Shown: positions 1 through 10,366, counted from the first letter of the stretch. The stretch is DNA of 64,000 nucleotides from Candidatus Kapaibacterium sp. (GCA_963665665.1 OY762428.1:2528001-2592000), one strand, 5' to 3'. Notes: generated by a model from the letters alone, not told the origin. Translations and numbers: made by a program.

Positions 1-2
1 CA

Positions 3-3000
3 CATCGTTTGGCAGGTACATGGCGTGACTGGGCTGAAAGATACGCGTACTTTGATACAGAGGATGATGCAAAGATATTTTATGATGAAACTGTTTACAT
101 GATCATGAAACAGTATGCCGCACCAAATTCTCCTCAGTGGTTTAATACCGGCCTTGCAAATATATATGATATCAGGGGCCGTAAGCAGGGACACTTTTAT
201 GTTGATCCCGACACAAAAAAACTTAATAAATCTCAGGATGCTTATACAAGGCCACAGCCTCATGCCTGCTTTATTCAGTCGATAGAAGACGACCTGGTAG
301 GTGATGGTGGTATTTTTGACCTTGCCGCGAGGGAAGCAAGAATATTTAAATTCGGTTCCGGTTCCGGAACGAATTTCTCAAATATCAGGGCTGCCGGCGA
401 AAAACTTTCCGGGGGGGGAGTTAGTTCCGGACTTATGAGTTTCCTTAAAATTTTCGACCGCGCAGCCGGCGCGATAAAATCCGGTGGAACAACAAGGCGT
501 GCAGCAAAAATGGTGGTTATAAATATTGATCACCCGGACGTGGAAGAGTTCATTGAGTGGAAAGCCCGGGAAGAAGAAAAAGTTGCGGCTCTTGTTACTG
601 GTTCCAGGATTAACAAAGCATTCCTTAGCGCTATAATGGATGAAGCGCTCGCCAACGGTACTAACCGGGCTGAAAACTCAACCCTGAATAATCTGATAGT
701 GAAAGCTACTGACAGGGGTATGCCGATATCTATTATCGACAGGGTATTGAACCTTGTTGGGCAGGGATTCACCGACCTCAATTTTGAAGAATTCGATACC
801 CACTACGAGGGTGAAGGATATAACACTGTCAGCGGTCAGAATTCAAATAATTCGGTAAGAATAAGCAATGATTTTATTAAAGCTGTTGAAGAAGATGCTG
901 ATTGGGAATTGAAATGGAGAACTTCTGATCAGCCTGCCAAAGTTGTACGGGCACGTGATCTCTGGAATAAGATTAATATGAGCGCATGGAAGAGTGCCGA
1001 TCCCGGTGTTCAGTTTGATACTACTATTAACGAATGGCATACATGCCCCAATTCCGGCAGGATCAATGCAAGTAACCCCTGCAGCGAGTACATGTTCCTG
1101 GATAATACAGCATGCAACCTTGCCAGCCTTAACCTGATGAAATTTCTTGATGAGAAAAACTATGAGTTCCTTGTTGACGATTTTCGTCATGCCGTAAGGA
1201 TATGGACGGTAATACTGGAAACATCAGTACTAATGGCTCAGTTCCCGTCAAAAGTAATGGCGCAGCTTAGCTATGATTTTCGTACACTCGGGCTGGGATA
1301 TGCCAATCTTGGCAGTTTGCTTATGGTAAACGGCATTCCTTACGATTCTCCGGAAGCTTTGGCGTGGACAGGTGCCATTACCGCAATAATGACAGGCACA
1401 TCTTATGAAACATCAGCAGAGCTGGCAAAGGAACTTGGAACATTTGCCAAGTATGAGATGAATAAAGATGATATGCTCCGGGTTATCAGGAATCACCGAA
1501 AAGCTGCTTATAATGCTCCTGCAGCGGAGTACGAGGGACTAACCGTTCGCCCCATGGGTATTGATCCGCGTTTTGCTCCTCTTTATATGGTTGATGCCGC
1601 GAGGGAAAGCTGGGACAAGGCCCTTGAACTTGGAGAACAGCACGGCTTCAGGAATGCACAGGTAACTGTTCTGGCTCCAACCGGAACTATCGGCCTTGTG
1701 ATGGATTGCGATACTACCGGAATCGAGCCCGACTTTGCAGTTGTGAAGTATAAAAAACTTGCCGGCGGGGGATATTTTAAAATTGTTAACCAGTCAGTTC
1801 AGAAAGCTTTGGTTAAACTTGGATATTCTGATAAACAAATTGATGAAATCGAAAAATATAGTAAGGGACACGGAACTCTTATCGGTTGTCCTGCAATTAA
1901 TCAGAAAACGTTGAGTGAAAAGGGATTTGGTACAGAGAAAATAGATATTATTGAGAAACAGCTTGATAATGTTTTCGATATCAGGTTTGCTTTTAATAAA
2001 TGGCAGCTTGGCGAAGAATTTTGCAGGCAGCTTGGTTTTACCCAGGAGCAGATAGACGATCCTTCATTTGATATGCTTTCTGCTCTCGGATTTTCCGAAT
2101 CCGAAATAGATAAAGCTAATGATTTTATTTGTGGTACAATGATGCTGGAAGGCGCTCCTAATCTTAAAGATGAGCATCTGTCTATTTTTGATACTGCGAA
2201 TAAATGCGGTAAAAAAGGCCAAAGGTATATCGAGCACATGGGGCATGTCAGGATTATGGCTGCTGCTCAGCCCTTTATTTCCGGAGCTATCTCTAAAACA
2301 GTTAACATGACTGCCGAGGCAAGCGTTGATGATATCGGCGATGTTTATATGCAGTCATGGAAATATATGCTCAAGGCTATTGCTCTGTACAGGGATGGTT
2401 CAAAACTCTCGCAGCCGCTTAATACAAAATCATTCGACGAGCTTGATGAAGTTGTTATGCTTGGTGACAGAGAGACTCTTGATGAAACTCTCGGAGCTAA
2501 GGAACTTCAGGAAAGAATACAGGAAAAACTACAGAAACCTATCAGGAAAAAATTACCCGGCAAACGTCACGGACATATCCGCGAGGCTTCAGTTGGCGGA
2601 CACAAAGTTTACCTTCGTACCGGCGAGTATGAAGATGGCGCTCTTGGCGAGATTTTTATTGATATGTACAAGGAAGGTGCTTCATTCAGGGGGCTGCTGA
2701 ACAGCTTTGCAATTCTCGCATCCAAGGCATTGCAGTACGGAGTTCCGCTGGAAGAGCTGGTAGATTCATTTATATATACCAGGTTTGAACCGGCAGGCTA
2801 TGTTTCCGGCCACGAGGCCATAAAGTCTGTTTATTCCGTTCTTGACTACGTATTCCGTTCACTTGGCTATGACTACCTTCACAGGGAAGATTTCGTTCAT
2901 GTACACGCTGTGGATGAGATAAGGCATGAGGCCAAAACAACTGATAAAAAGGATGATAAGCCCAAAGGCGGTGATGGTAAAAGTTCGAAGAATGATGAAA

Positions 3001-3263
3001 AGGACAAATCAAACAATAATGATAGTCCTGCAAATCAAATTGAGAGCAAACAAAAAAGCGAGCCTGCAATGGTATCTCAGGAAAGCTCTCCGGCTGAAGG
3101 TAAACCTCTAAACGGAAGTGCACCTAAAAGAAATGCAAGTATGGATGCAAAAACATTCGGCTACACCGGCGAGCAATGCGTTTATTGCGGTTCAATGCGC
3201 GTGCGCAGGAACGGCAGCTGCACGGTTTGCGAAGATTGCGGTGGCACAAGCGGCTGCTCGTAG
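3..3263 (+). CDS. nrdJ: Class II (adenosylcobalamin-dependent) ribonucleotide reductase, 5'-truncated by the window edge
   Basis: Motifs PNSPQWFNTG, QPHACFI, SGGTTRRAAKM, catalytic NPCSE, ACNLASLN, APTGTI, SGAISKTVN; TSCPD-like region and C-terminal CxxC..CxxCxxCGGTSGCS. The frame is open upstream of the TTG at 9 (HRLAGTW), so the true start is outside the window. Confidence 0.96.
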   Translation, partial: HRLAGTWRDWAERYAYFDTEDDAKIFYDETVYMIMKQYAAPNSPQWFNTGLANIYDIRGRKQGHFYVDPDTKKLNKSQDAYTRPQPHACFIQSIEDDLVGDGGIFDLAAREARIFKFGSGSGTNFSNIRAAGEKLSGGGVSSGLMSFLKIFDRAAGAIKSGGTTRRAAKMVVINIDHPDVEEFIEWKAREEEKVAALVTGSRINKAFLSAIMDEALANGTNRAENSTLNNLIVKATDRGMPISIIDRVLNLVGQGFTDLNFEEFDTHYEGEGYNTVSGQNSNNSVRISNDFIKAVEEDADWELKWRTSDQPAKVVRARDLWNKINMSAWKSADPGVQFDTTINEWHTCPNSGRINASNPCSEYMFLDNTACNLASLNLMKFLDEKNYEFLVDDFRHAVRIWTVILETSVLMAQFPSKVMAQLSYDFRTLGLGYANLGSLLMVNGIPYDSPEALAWTGAITAIMTGTSYETSAELAKELGTFAKYEMNKDDMLRVIRNHRKAAYNAPAAEYEGLTVRPMGIDPRFAPLYMVDAARESWDKALELGEQHGFRNAQVTVLAPTGTIGLVMDCDTTGIEPDFAVVKYKKLAGGGYFKIVNQSVQKALVKLGYSDKQIDEIEKYSKGHGTLIGCPAINQKTLSEKGFGTEKIDIIEKQLDNVFDIRFAFNKWQLGEEFCRQLGFTQEQIDDPSFDMLSALGFSESEIDKANDFICGTMMLEGAPNLKDEHLSIFDTANKCGKKGQRYIEHMGHVRIMAAAQPFISGAISKTVNMTAEASVDDIGDVYMQSWKYMLKAIALYRDGSKLSQPLNTKSFDELDEVVMLGDRETLDETLGAKELQERIQEKLQKPIRKKLPGKRHGHIREASVGGHKVYLRTGEYEDGALGEIFIDMYKEGASFRGLLNSFAILASKALQYGVPLEELVDSFIYTRFEPAGYVSGHEAIKSVYSVLDYVFRSLGYDYLHREDFVHVHAVDEIRHEAKTTDKKDDKPKGGDGKSSKNDEKDKSNNNDSPANQIESKQKSEPAMVSQESSPAEGKPLNGSAPKRNASMDAKTFGYTGEQCVYCGSMRVRRNGSCTVCEDCGGTSGCS

Positions 3264-3291
3264 AAATTGTAAAATATTAGCTAATATATAT

Positions 3292-3323
3292 GGCTCCCCG
3301 GATTTTGTTCGGGGAGTTTTTTT
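3292..3323 (+). terminator. Intrinsic terminator after nrdJ
   Basis: ggctccccg-gattttgtt-cggggagtt stem followed by a T run. Confidence 0.85.
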
Positions 3324-3431
3324 ATATCCGGTTTTGCAAATGTAGTTACTATATAAATAATATTGAGCTATTAAGTTTGTGAAAATTCGTATTTTAAGTT
3401 AGATGTACAAATTAATATTAATTGAAATCAA

Positions 3432-3638
3432 ATGAGCGAGATAATTTTTTTAATCGAAGAAGCTGCTGAAGGTGGATATTCTGCAAAAGCTATGGGTTAC
3501 AGCATTTTTACCGATGCCGGAACAATTGAAGAAATTAAGGAAAATATTAAAGATGCAATCAAATGTCATTTTGATGATGGGGAATTACCAAAATTGGTTA
3601 GAATGCATTTTGTTCATGATGAAGTATTTGCATTATAA
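3432..3638 (+). CDS. hicB: HicB-like antitoxin (short form)
   Basis: 68 aa, EEAAEGGYSAKAMGYSIFTDAGTIEEIKENIKDAI pattern; its TAA overlaps the ATG of the downstream hicA-like frame. Confidence 0.75.
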   Translation: MSEIIFLIEEAAEGGYSAKAMGYSIFTDAGTIEEIKENIKDAIKCHFDDGELPKLVRMHFVHDEVFAL

Positions 3639-3880
3639 TGAAATTATCCAGAGATATTGATGGGTTGATACTGGTAAAAAAACTAGATAAGTTGGGATAC
3701 AATATTACACGCCAGACTGGAAGTCATATCAGATTGACTACGTCAAGAAATTGAGAACATCATATTACTATCCCGTCTCATATTCCGATAAAGGTTGGAA
3801 CTCTATCTTCAATTTTGAATGATATAGCTAAACATTTTTCAATAACAAAAGAAGACTTGATCAATAAATTAAAAATATAA
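3638..3880 (+). pseudogene. hicA: HicA-family mRNA interferase toxin interrupted by an in-frame TGA at 3752-3754
   Basis: Manual translation: MKLSRDIDGLILVKKLDKLGYNITRQTGSHIRLTTSRN*EHHITIPSHIPIKVGTLSSILNDIAKHFSITKEDLINKLKI*. HicA motifs GSH and IPxH..GTL..IL lie on both sides of the stop. Absent from the ORF track. Confidence 0.85.
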
Positions 3881-3977
3881 TATTCCCAATTGCTATAAAT
3901 TACTTAAATTATTGCAACTATTTTCAAATCAGATTGTTTAACATATACCGTCGGAATTGAATATTAAGGAGTATGTT

Positions 3978-5654
3978 ATGAAATCAGGTAGGATTTTATT
4001 TGTGGCAAACATTATCATTATGATCGCTGCCCAAATCAGTCTATATTCCGCAGAAAAGCAATGGGTGAAGATTGATATATATTCGGAAGAATCCGGGCAT
4101 ACTGTTTATTCCAGGATATATAATGAAAAGGGGCTTATATCACAATTTGATACCGAACGCTACATGGGGGAAAGTGATTATGATATTGAAAGATATACTT
4201 ATGAATATGATTCGGGGGATTCATTATCTGAACGTATCCGGATGAGGCTACAGGGCGGAAATATTGTTCCCTATTACAAAAGCATTTACGAGTATTACGA
4301 AAACGGCCCGAGAAAAAAATATGAAAGCTGGTACTGGACTGGCAGCGAATATATTATAATGAACAGCGCCGAATGGAAATATGACGAAGACAATTATCTG
4401 ACTGAAAGCCTGAGTTCCTCGTTTGATTCGGATACTGTTGACCAGAAGGTCAGGATAATCTATGAATATGACGATGACCATCATATAATTATGGAGAAAA
4501 AAGAAGAGTGGCGTTATGATGAATGGGTTAATAAATATATATATTTTTACCAATATCTGAATGGATACAAAATTCAGGAATATAAGGAAAAATGGAGTAG
4601 CCCGGATGTTTCAACGATCGAAATAAAAGAATGGGAATATGAAGATACATTATTAATAAAACAAACATATAGAAAGATAAATAACTCTTTGGAGGAATAT
4701 ACATACAATTATGATGAAAGAAACAGAATTGTTGAAGAAAATTATAGATTTTCAGAACATTATACTGGAGAATTGAAAAACGTTGGTAAGATGAAATACG
4801 ATTATCCGGAAGAGAATAAATGTATAGAAACCCAATTGAAATTTTCAGACGGTAACTGGATTGGATTGACCAAAAGACATACAATTAAAAATACTTACGG
4901 AAAAATTATTGAATATCTTATAGAGAGATATGAAACTGGTGTATGGATCCCGGATTATAAATATATTGTTACTTTTAATCAGATGCAGCTGGAGCTGACT
5001 GAATTTCATTTTATATATAATGACAATGGATGGCAACCGTTTAGGAACGTATTTTGGGAATACACATCAAACGGTAATCTAAAATCACGTAAAATTGAAA
5101 ATTATGATAATGAGGAATTGCTTAGTACCATTATATATGAATGGATTTATGAAAACAACCTGCCCGTTTTAATTGAGATGTTCAGCCAAAAGGAGAATGA
5201 TTTACCCGTTATTAAGCGTGTTATTATGAAATATGACGACGGTTTGCTGACCGAAGAAATACACCAGGAAAAAAATGGCGATATATGGGAGAATACACAA
5301 CTCTATTTTGAATTCCGGGAAAGATATCTTGATATATATCCAGGCTATAAACTTCAAATAGAATGGCAGGAAATTACATCTACTGATGAAGATGATGAAA
5401 AGGAAAATGTTCCATTTGTTATCTATCCCCAGCCAAGTAGCGGCATAATAAATCTGAATTATATTGCTCAGTCTCCCGGCGCTGTTGCAGTACGTGTAAT
5501 TGATATGAGTGGCAATGTTGTTTATACTCAATCTAAAGTCAACACAGCATCATTATATAGATTTGACCTTAGCGGCCTTGCCAACGGTGTTTACATTTTT
5601 GAAATTAACGACGGCGGAGTGATCCGAAGCAGGGAGATTGTGATAGCGAGGTAG
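3978..5654 (+). CDS. Secreted repeat protein (Tyr/Trp/Glu-rich beta-hairpin, YD-like repeats) with T9SS type A CTD
   Basis: AAGGAG RBS before ATG 3978, signal peptide, recurring W....K..Y.YD units, CTD (IYPQPSSG...DLSGLANGVYIFEI). Confidence 0.75.
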   Translation: MKSGRILFVANIIIMIAAQISLYSAEKQWVKIDIYSEESGHTVYSRIYNEKGLISQFDTERYMGESDYDIERYTYEYDSGDSLSERIRMRLQGGNIVPYYKSIYEYYENGPRKKYESWYWTGSEYIIMNSAEWKYDEDNYLTESLSSSFDSDTVDQKVRIIYEYDDDHHIIMEKKEEWRYDEWVNKYIYFYQYLNGYKIQEYKEKWSSPDVSTIEIKEWEYEDTLLIKQTYRKINNSLEEYTYNYDERNRIVEENYRFSEHYTGELKNVGKMKYDYPEENKCIETQLKFSDGNWIGLTKRHTIKNTYGKIIEYLIERYETGVWIPDYKYIVTFNQMQLELTEFHFIYNDNGWQPFRNVFWEYTSNGNLKSRKIENYDNEELLSTIIYEWIYENNLPVLIEMFSQKENDLPVIKRVIMKYDDGLLTEEIHQEKNGDIWENTQLYFEFRERYLDIYPGYKLQIEWQEITSTDEDDEKENVPFVIYPQPSSGIINLNYIAQSPGAVAVRVIDMSGNVVYTQSKVNTASLYRFDLSGLANGVYIFEINDGGVIRSREIVIAR

Positions 5655-5658
5655 GGGG
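5475..5658 (+). repeat. Copy 1 of a ~184-bp imperfect direct repeat (3' end of the T9SS CTD)
   Basis: Colinear with 7455-7638 at a constant 1980-bp offset, e.g. atttgaccttagcggccttgccaacggtgtttacat and gaaattaacgacggcggagtgatccgaagcagggagat. Confidence 0.95.
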
Positions 5659-5820
5659 GAGTTTATAATAGCTTTTTATTTAATTGTTTTGTATATTTAG
5701 TAGATTATAATATTTGTTGTTTCAATTGTCGCTACTGTGTTAGTTGACAAATTTTCAAAAAGAATTTTATTCTAACCATTTAAAAAAGTAGTTTTGTATT
5801 ATTTTTTTCAGAATTGTTAA

Positions 5821-6771
5821 ATGAAAGATAAAGTACAAATAAACGAGTTTAGAGATTTTATGTACCCAAATACATGTGAAATAATACTTGGCGATACATT
5901 GAGCCATCTCAAAAAAATGGAGAATGAAAGGTTTGATCTGGTGATTACATCACCACCTTATAATATTGGTAAAGAATATGAAACCAAGACTTCAATAGAG
6001 AAGTATTTAGAACTTCAAGAGCAAATAATCAATGAGCTTGTAAGGGTTACAAATAATAAAGGTAGTATTTGTTGGCAAGTTGGTAATTATGTTGAAAAAG
6101 GAGAGATTTTTCCTCTTGATATTTTTTATTATCAAATATTCAAAAAATTTAATTTAAAGTTAAGAAATAGAATAGTTTGGCATTTTGGACATGGATTACA
6201 TGCAAGGAATAGATTTTCTGGACGTTATGAAACCTTACTTTGGTTTTCAAAAACAGATGATTATATTTTTAATTTGGATGACGTTCGTATCCCTTCAAAA
6301 TATCCTGGCAAAAGGTATTTTAAAGGACCAAAAAAAGGTCAAATATCTGGCAATCCAAAAGGAAAGAATCCATCGGACATTTGGGAGATTATTGTTAAAG
6401 ATTGGGAATCCGGATTGTGGGATATACCAAATGTAAAATCTAATCATCCGGAAAAAACAGCCCATCCAGCTCAATTCCCTGTCGAATTAGTTGAAAGGTG
6501 TGTTTTGGCTCTAACAGATAAAAATAGTTGGGTATTAGACCCTTTTGCAGGTGTTGGTTCGACAGCAATCGCTTCATTAAAAAATTATAGAAATTCTGTA
6601 AGTATCGAAAAAGAGAAAGAATATGTTAAAGTAGCTAATGATAGAATTGAAAAATTAAAAGAGGGTAATTTAAAACTAAGACCCATAAATAAGCCAATTC
6701 ACAAGCCAAAAGCAAACGATAAAATAGCTAAAATTCCAGAAGAATGGATAAATTTATATAAAGAATTATGA
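5821..6771 (+). CDS. Type II RM DNA methyltransferase, beta class (probably N4-cytosine; BglII/BstYI-like system)
   Basis: Motif IV TSPPY precedes HPAQFP and motif I DPFAGVGST; overlaps the downstream endonuclease. Confidence 0.92.
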   Translation: MKDKVQINEFRDFMYPNTCEIILGDTLSHLKKMENERFDLVITSPPYNIGKEYETKTSIEKYLELQEQIINELVRVTNNKGSICWQVGNYVEKGEIFPLDIFYYQIFKKFNLKLRNRIVWHFGHGLHARNRFSGRYETLLWFSKTDDYIFNLDDVRIPSKYPGKRYFKGPKKGQISGNPKGKNPSDIWEIIVKDWESGLWDIPNVKSNHPEKTAHPAQFPVELVERCVLALTDKNSWVLDPFAGVGSTAIASLKNYRNSVSIEKEKEYVKVANDRIEKLKEGNLKLRPINKPIHKPKANDKIAKIPEEWINLYKEL

Positions 6772-7382
6772 AAATTGCACAAAAATATTCGCATTTGAAT
6801 GGTGAGGAATATTTAATTGTTCATCACAAAAAATTATATCAAGAAATTAAAAACGTTATTAAAAATATTGATGCAAATGAATACAGAACTAAAATTAGCA
6901 AGGAGAAGAGAAAAATTGGAAATAAACTTTTTAGTCCGGTTGATTTAAATAAAGCTTTTGAAAAAGAATTCACAAAAAAAGGCTGGTCAGAAAGTAGATA
7001 TAATTACTATATTACCCTCAATAGAGAATTAATGGAAAAAAGTATTCTTATGAAAGCAGCGTCTCAAAAGAAATTTCTTATCGAGAATGGAGAAAAAGAA
7101 CCTATTTATAGCTACAACCAAACAGACTTTGTAAAAGATAAACTTGCTGTTGAAGTTCAATTTGGCAAGTATTCATTTGTTGCTTATGACTTATTTGTAA
7201 AACATATGCTGTTTTATTCTGGAGGAGTTATCAATTTAGGAATTGAAATATTGCCTACTAAGAAAATGCAATCCGAAATGTCATCTGGAGTAGCATATTA
7301 TGAAGGCGAAGTTTATAATGTAATGAGGCAAGGTAGAAATAATCCTCCTGTGCCACTTTTAATTCTTGGAATTGAATCATAA
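6768..7382 (+). CDS. Type II restriction endonuclease, BglII/BstYI family
   Basis: YSHLNGEE N-terminus, NQTDFVK...VEVQFGKY (D..E-x-Q active site), GIEILP; ATGA overlap with the MTase. Confidence 0.88.
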   Translation: MKIAQKYSHLNGEEYLIVHHKKLYQEIKNVIKNIDANEYRTKISKEKRKIGNKLFSPVDLNKAFEKEFTKKGWSESRYNYYITLNRELMEKSILMKAASQKKFLIENGEKEPIYSYNQTDFVKDKLAVEVQFGKYSFVAYDLFVKHMLFYSGGVINLGIEILPTKKMQSEMSSGVAYYEGEVYNVMRQGRNNPPVPLLILGIES

Positions 7383-7454
7383 AAAAAAGATAATAGTAGA
7401 TTACAATATTTACAAGTAATAATTGGCGAAAAAGTGTAGGCTGCGGCCTAGAAT

Positions 7455-7638
7455 CCTGGCGATGTTGCAGTACGGGTAATAGATATGAGCGGAAATGTCG
7501 TTTTTAAACAATCAAAAGTCAACACAGTATCATCATATAAATTTGACCTTAGCGGCCTTGCCAACGGTGTTTACATCATCGAAATTAACGACGGCGGAGT
7601 GATCCGAAGCAGGGAGATAGTAATTGCGAGGTAGGGGG
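7455..7638 (+). pseudogene. Copy 2 of the direct repeat: orphan T9SS CTD fragment
   Basis: Encodes PGDVAVRVIDMSGNVVFKQSKVNTVSSYKFDLSGLANGVYIIEINDGGVIRSREIVIAR*, with no upstream gene body. Confidence 0.9.
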
Positions 7639-7721
7639 TGATATCATAGAGAAGACTGATATCTGCGTATATGGCTGTAAACCCTGAATTGGCAGGTGAA
7701 AAGAAAAAATATCAGACTGAT

Positions 7722-7760
7722 AAAAAAAGTGTTTTCCCCGTTAAGAGAAAACACTTTTTT
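7722..7760. terminator. Bidirectional intrinsic terminator
   Basis: aaaaaaagtgttttc...gaaaacactttttt, between convergent units. Confidence 0.8.
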
Positions 7761-7780
7761 AAAATTTCATGTAATATTAA

Positions 7781-9688
7781 TTATCTTGCTACAACTAATC
7801 TTGCAACGAGTACATCATTACCATTCTGAATTCTTACGAAATACAAACCGGGAACAATATCATTTACTTCAAGTGTACCTGTATATGAACCAGCCATAAG
7901 GTTTTGTGAATTAAGTGACTGAACCATTCTGCCCATTGAATCATAAAGTTCAACTTTTGTAGGAGCTGATCTCGGGATACTGTATTCAATATTTACAATA
8001 TCGCTGGCTGGATTAGGGCTGACATTGACAGACATCCCTTTTGATGCGCCGCTATACTGGTCTTCGTAAACACCATTCGGTTCGCCTTCACCGCTTAGTG
8101 CAATATTGAAGTCACCACCGCAAAGGGCTGGTTCTACTTCAATTTTAAGCTCAGCATTTTTTGTACCGGTTGATGTTGGTGCAAAACTAACCTGAACATT
8201 GATCGATGCTCCGGGATTTACAGTCATGTTAACTCCGCCCTGGATAACGAACATATCAGCATCAGTACCTTCAATGCTTAGTTTTACATCCAGGGGAATG
8301 ACAGTAGTATTGGTAAATGCATCGTTTATAGTATAATCACCTGAGAAATCAACCATAACTGTTTCAAAATCGACAGATTCATCAGTAATTTCACTTGAAC
8401 AGAGACTGATTAGTTTCAAAGTCGGGAATTCGCAGAGGAAATCTCCGTTGAAAGTCATTTCCACTTCTTTTGATACAGTTGGTTTTTCTTCGGGGTAAGT
8501 GATCTTCAATATCCTTGATTCCCCGTCAGCCATTTCGAACGGTGGAGTGGAACCACCCCAGTCAGAAACAACAAAATCCGGGCTGTCAAAGCTGACACCT
8601 TCAAAATTAAAAGCAGGGCCATTGTTTGTAATTGTTATTTGTTTCAGGGTATCAGCGCCGCCAACAGCTCCGAATACAAGTTCTTCTTCAGACATATTGA
8701 AAATAGCAAGGCTGTTATCAGGAGCCAAATATGAAGTATTGTGGTCAGTTTCCAATTCAGCTTTTGTTGCGCTTCCATACCATTTTATATTCACTGATCT
8801 GTTTTTTGAAGCTTCATCACAGCCATAAGGAGAAGTCCATACCAGCTGGTAATATTCTTTATTCTGTATATGTCCGGCCAGGTAGCGGAATTTAGCCCTG
8901 TTATCGGCAATTGATTCAGTTTCAAAAAGTATGCCGCCGGTACCTTTTATCAGCCAGTCAGTCTGCATATCGGGGCCTTCGTCCATCATGATACAATTAA
9001 TCGCAACCCTTGCAGCCTGAGCTCTTTCAATAGCGAGATCAGCGTCATCATAATCAAACATGATATTAGCCTGGGGACCGTCGGATATGAATACCATTTG
9101 TCTGGCTTTGTTGCCGTCTGTTTGATTAATCAGGTCGAAAGGATTTGGATTGGATGTAAGGAAAGCCTTTTTATAGTTAGTTGCTCCTGCCTGGAGTGTG
9201 ATCTGATCGATATTGTCGTGAAGCAGAGCCGGATCGTTGAGCCATCCCGGATGCTTTGGATTGAACGTTCCGTTGCAGAAATAAAGCATTGCAACTTCAG
9301 TACCGTTTTTCCATTTTACTGAGTCGATAAAAGCATGCAGGCCGGCTTTAAGCCAGTCAAATTTTCTTTTTCCGTCCTGAGCATTTTCAAGCATGGAATT
9401 ACTGATATCAACAAATAGTAATATTGATACACCTGGTGTGTCCGCTTTCCTGGAACTATCTATACGAACAGTTGAAGTCAGATCAATTCCGTTTTCCTCA
9501 ACTTCAAAAAATTCTGCCTGGATGTTCATTTTTTGTCCCATCCTGTTCCTGGCAAGTAGCGTAGCCTTTACCGTAGGAAATTCCGAGGCATCTATGCCAT
9601 AAACGTGCCTTGATTCAGCTTGCGCGTCCAGCGAAAAAGTTGTGGCAAAGATCATTAAAGCAAGCAGTAACCTAATATGTTTCATCAT
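7781..9688 (-). CDS. VWA-domain protein with Ig-like (choice-of-anchor D type) domains and T9SS CTD
   Basis: Signal peptide, MIDAS DISNSM...T...ISDG, Ig-like repeats, CTD VSPNPASD...PGLYFVRI; GGAGA RBS before ATG 9688. Confidence 0.85.
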   Translation of the reverse strand: MMKHIRLLLALMIFATTFSLDAQAESRHVYGIDASEFPTVKATLLARNRMGQKMNIQAEFFEVEENGIDLTSTVRIDSSRKADTPGVSILLFVDISNSMLENAQDGKRKFDWLKAGLHAFIDSVKWKNGTEVAMLYFCNGTFNPKHPGWLNDPALLHDNIDQITLQAGATNYKKAFLTSNPNPFDLINQTDGNKARQMVFISDGPQANIMFDYDDADLAIERAQAARVAINCIMMDEGPDMQTDWLIKGTGGILFETESIADNRAKFRYLAGHIQNKEYYQLVWTSPYGCDEASKNRSVNIKWYGSATKAELETDHNTSYLAPDNSLAIFNMSEEELVFGAVGGADTLKQITITNNGPAFNFEGVSFDSPDFVVSDWGGSTPPFEMADGESRILKITYPEEKPTVSKEVEMTFNGDFLCEFPTLKLISLCSSEITDESVDFETVMVDFSGDYTINDAFTNTTVIPLDVKLSIEGTDADMFVIQGGVNMTVNPGASINVQVSFAPTSTGTKNAELKIEVEPALCGGDFNIALSGEGEPNGVYEDQYSGASKGMSVNVSPNPASDIVNIEYSIPRSAPTKVELYDSMGRMVQSLNSQNLMAGSYTGTLEVNDIVPGLYFVRIQNGNDVLVARLVVAR

Positions 9689-9880
9689 ATCTCCTGTATA
9701 TAAAAACAATAAATAATACTCCGCGATAAAGCAGGGAAAGCTTGGGTATAAATCAAAGATACTAATTTTTTATTTTTTTCAAACATATTTTTTTGAAAAT
9801 ATTTCAAAATTTGAATAAAAAATCCGGAATTAATTAAATTCCGGATATTTATGCAATTATTGGTTTTGGGAATTCAGGTT

Positions 9881-10366
9881 TTAATCCCAGCTGTCTTCAA
9901 GGCCCCTGAACTTACTGTCAGTTATTAAATATTGCATTACTTTCCTGACATGTTCTTTTTCTTTGTCAATAATTGAGTCAATAGTATCATTAGCGCCAAC
10001 CATGTCCCTTATATGATTGTAATACAGAACGGATTCTTTTTCAAATTCAAGAACAATGTTCATTACTTCTACGGGATTCAGATTGTCGTCCAAACTGTCC
10101 ATTTGATTGAAGTGTTTGGAAATATCAACTCCTTTAAGATATATCATGTCATCTTCATTCAGTTCAACATCTCCGTCGGCAAGGGTGCTTGCCAGCCCTG
10201 AAAAATTGCGTTTATGTTCAACTTCATCTTTGGCAAGAAGTTCAAACATTTCCTTTATATCAGGCCTTTTTGTAAATTTTCTTGCCAGCCCGGAATAAAA
10301 ATTAATGCCGAGTTCTTCAGCACGAATGGCAATTTCAATTACTTCTTTGATAGTTATTCTTTTCAT
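9881..10366 (-). CDS. Rubrerythrin/ferritin-like di-iron protein
   Basis: AIRAEELGINFY, LAKDEVEH, EKESVLYY, EKEH (two ExxH motifs). Confidence 0.85.
   Translation of the reverse strand: MKRITIKEVIEIAIRAEELGINFYSGLARKFTKRPDIKEMFELLAKDEVEHKRNFSGLASTLADGDVELNEDDMIYLKGVDISKHFNQMDSLDDNLNPVEVMNIVLEFEKESVLYYNHIRDMVGANDTIDSIIDKEKEHVRKVMQYLITDSKFRGLEDSWD

Noticed and set aside
411-418. G8 tract in nrdJ as a phase-variation site
   Set aside because: In frame, encoding the conserved LSGGG motif of a housekeeping enzyme.
2930-3140. Intein or insertion in nrdJ
   Set aside because: It is a low-complexity K/D/S/N linker before the terminal Cys cluster; no splicing motifs or homing endonuclease.
3752-3754. 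TGA at a probable Gly position as a sign of an alternative genetic code or selenocysteine
   Set aside because: Long genes in the window have no in-frame TGA and several end in TGA (e.g. 22440, 34563, 45602); the position is not Cys-like. A point mutation or sequencing error is simpler.
5821-7382. Assigning AGATCT as the RM target from site avoidance
   Set aside because: AGATCT occurs several times in the window (e.g. near 54434, 54741, 62202), and family membership alone does not fix specificity.
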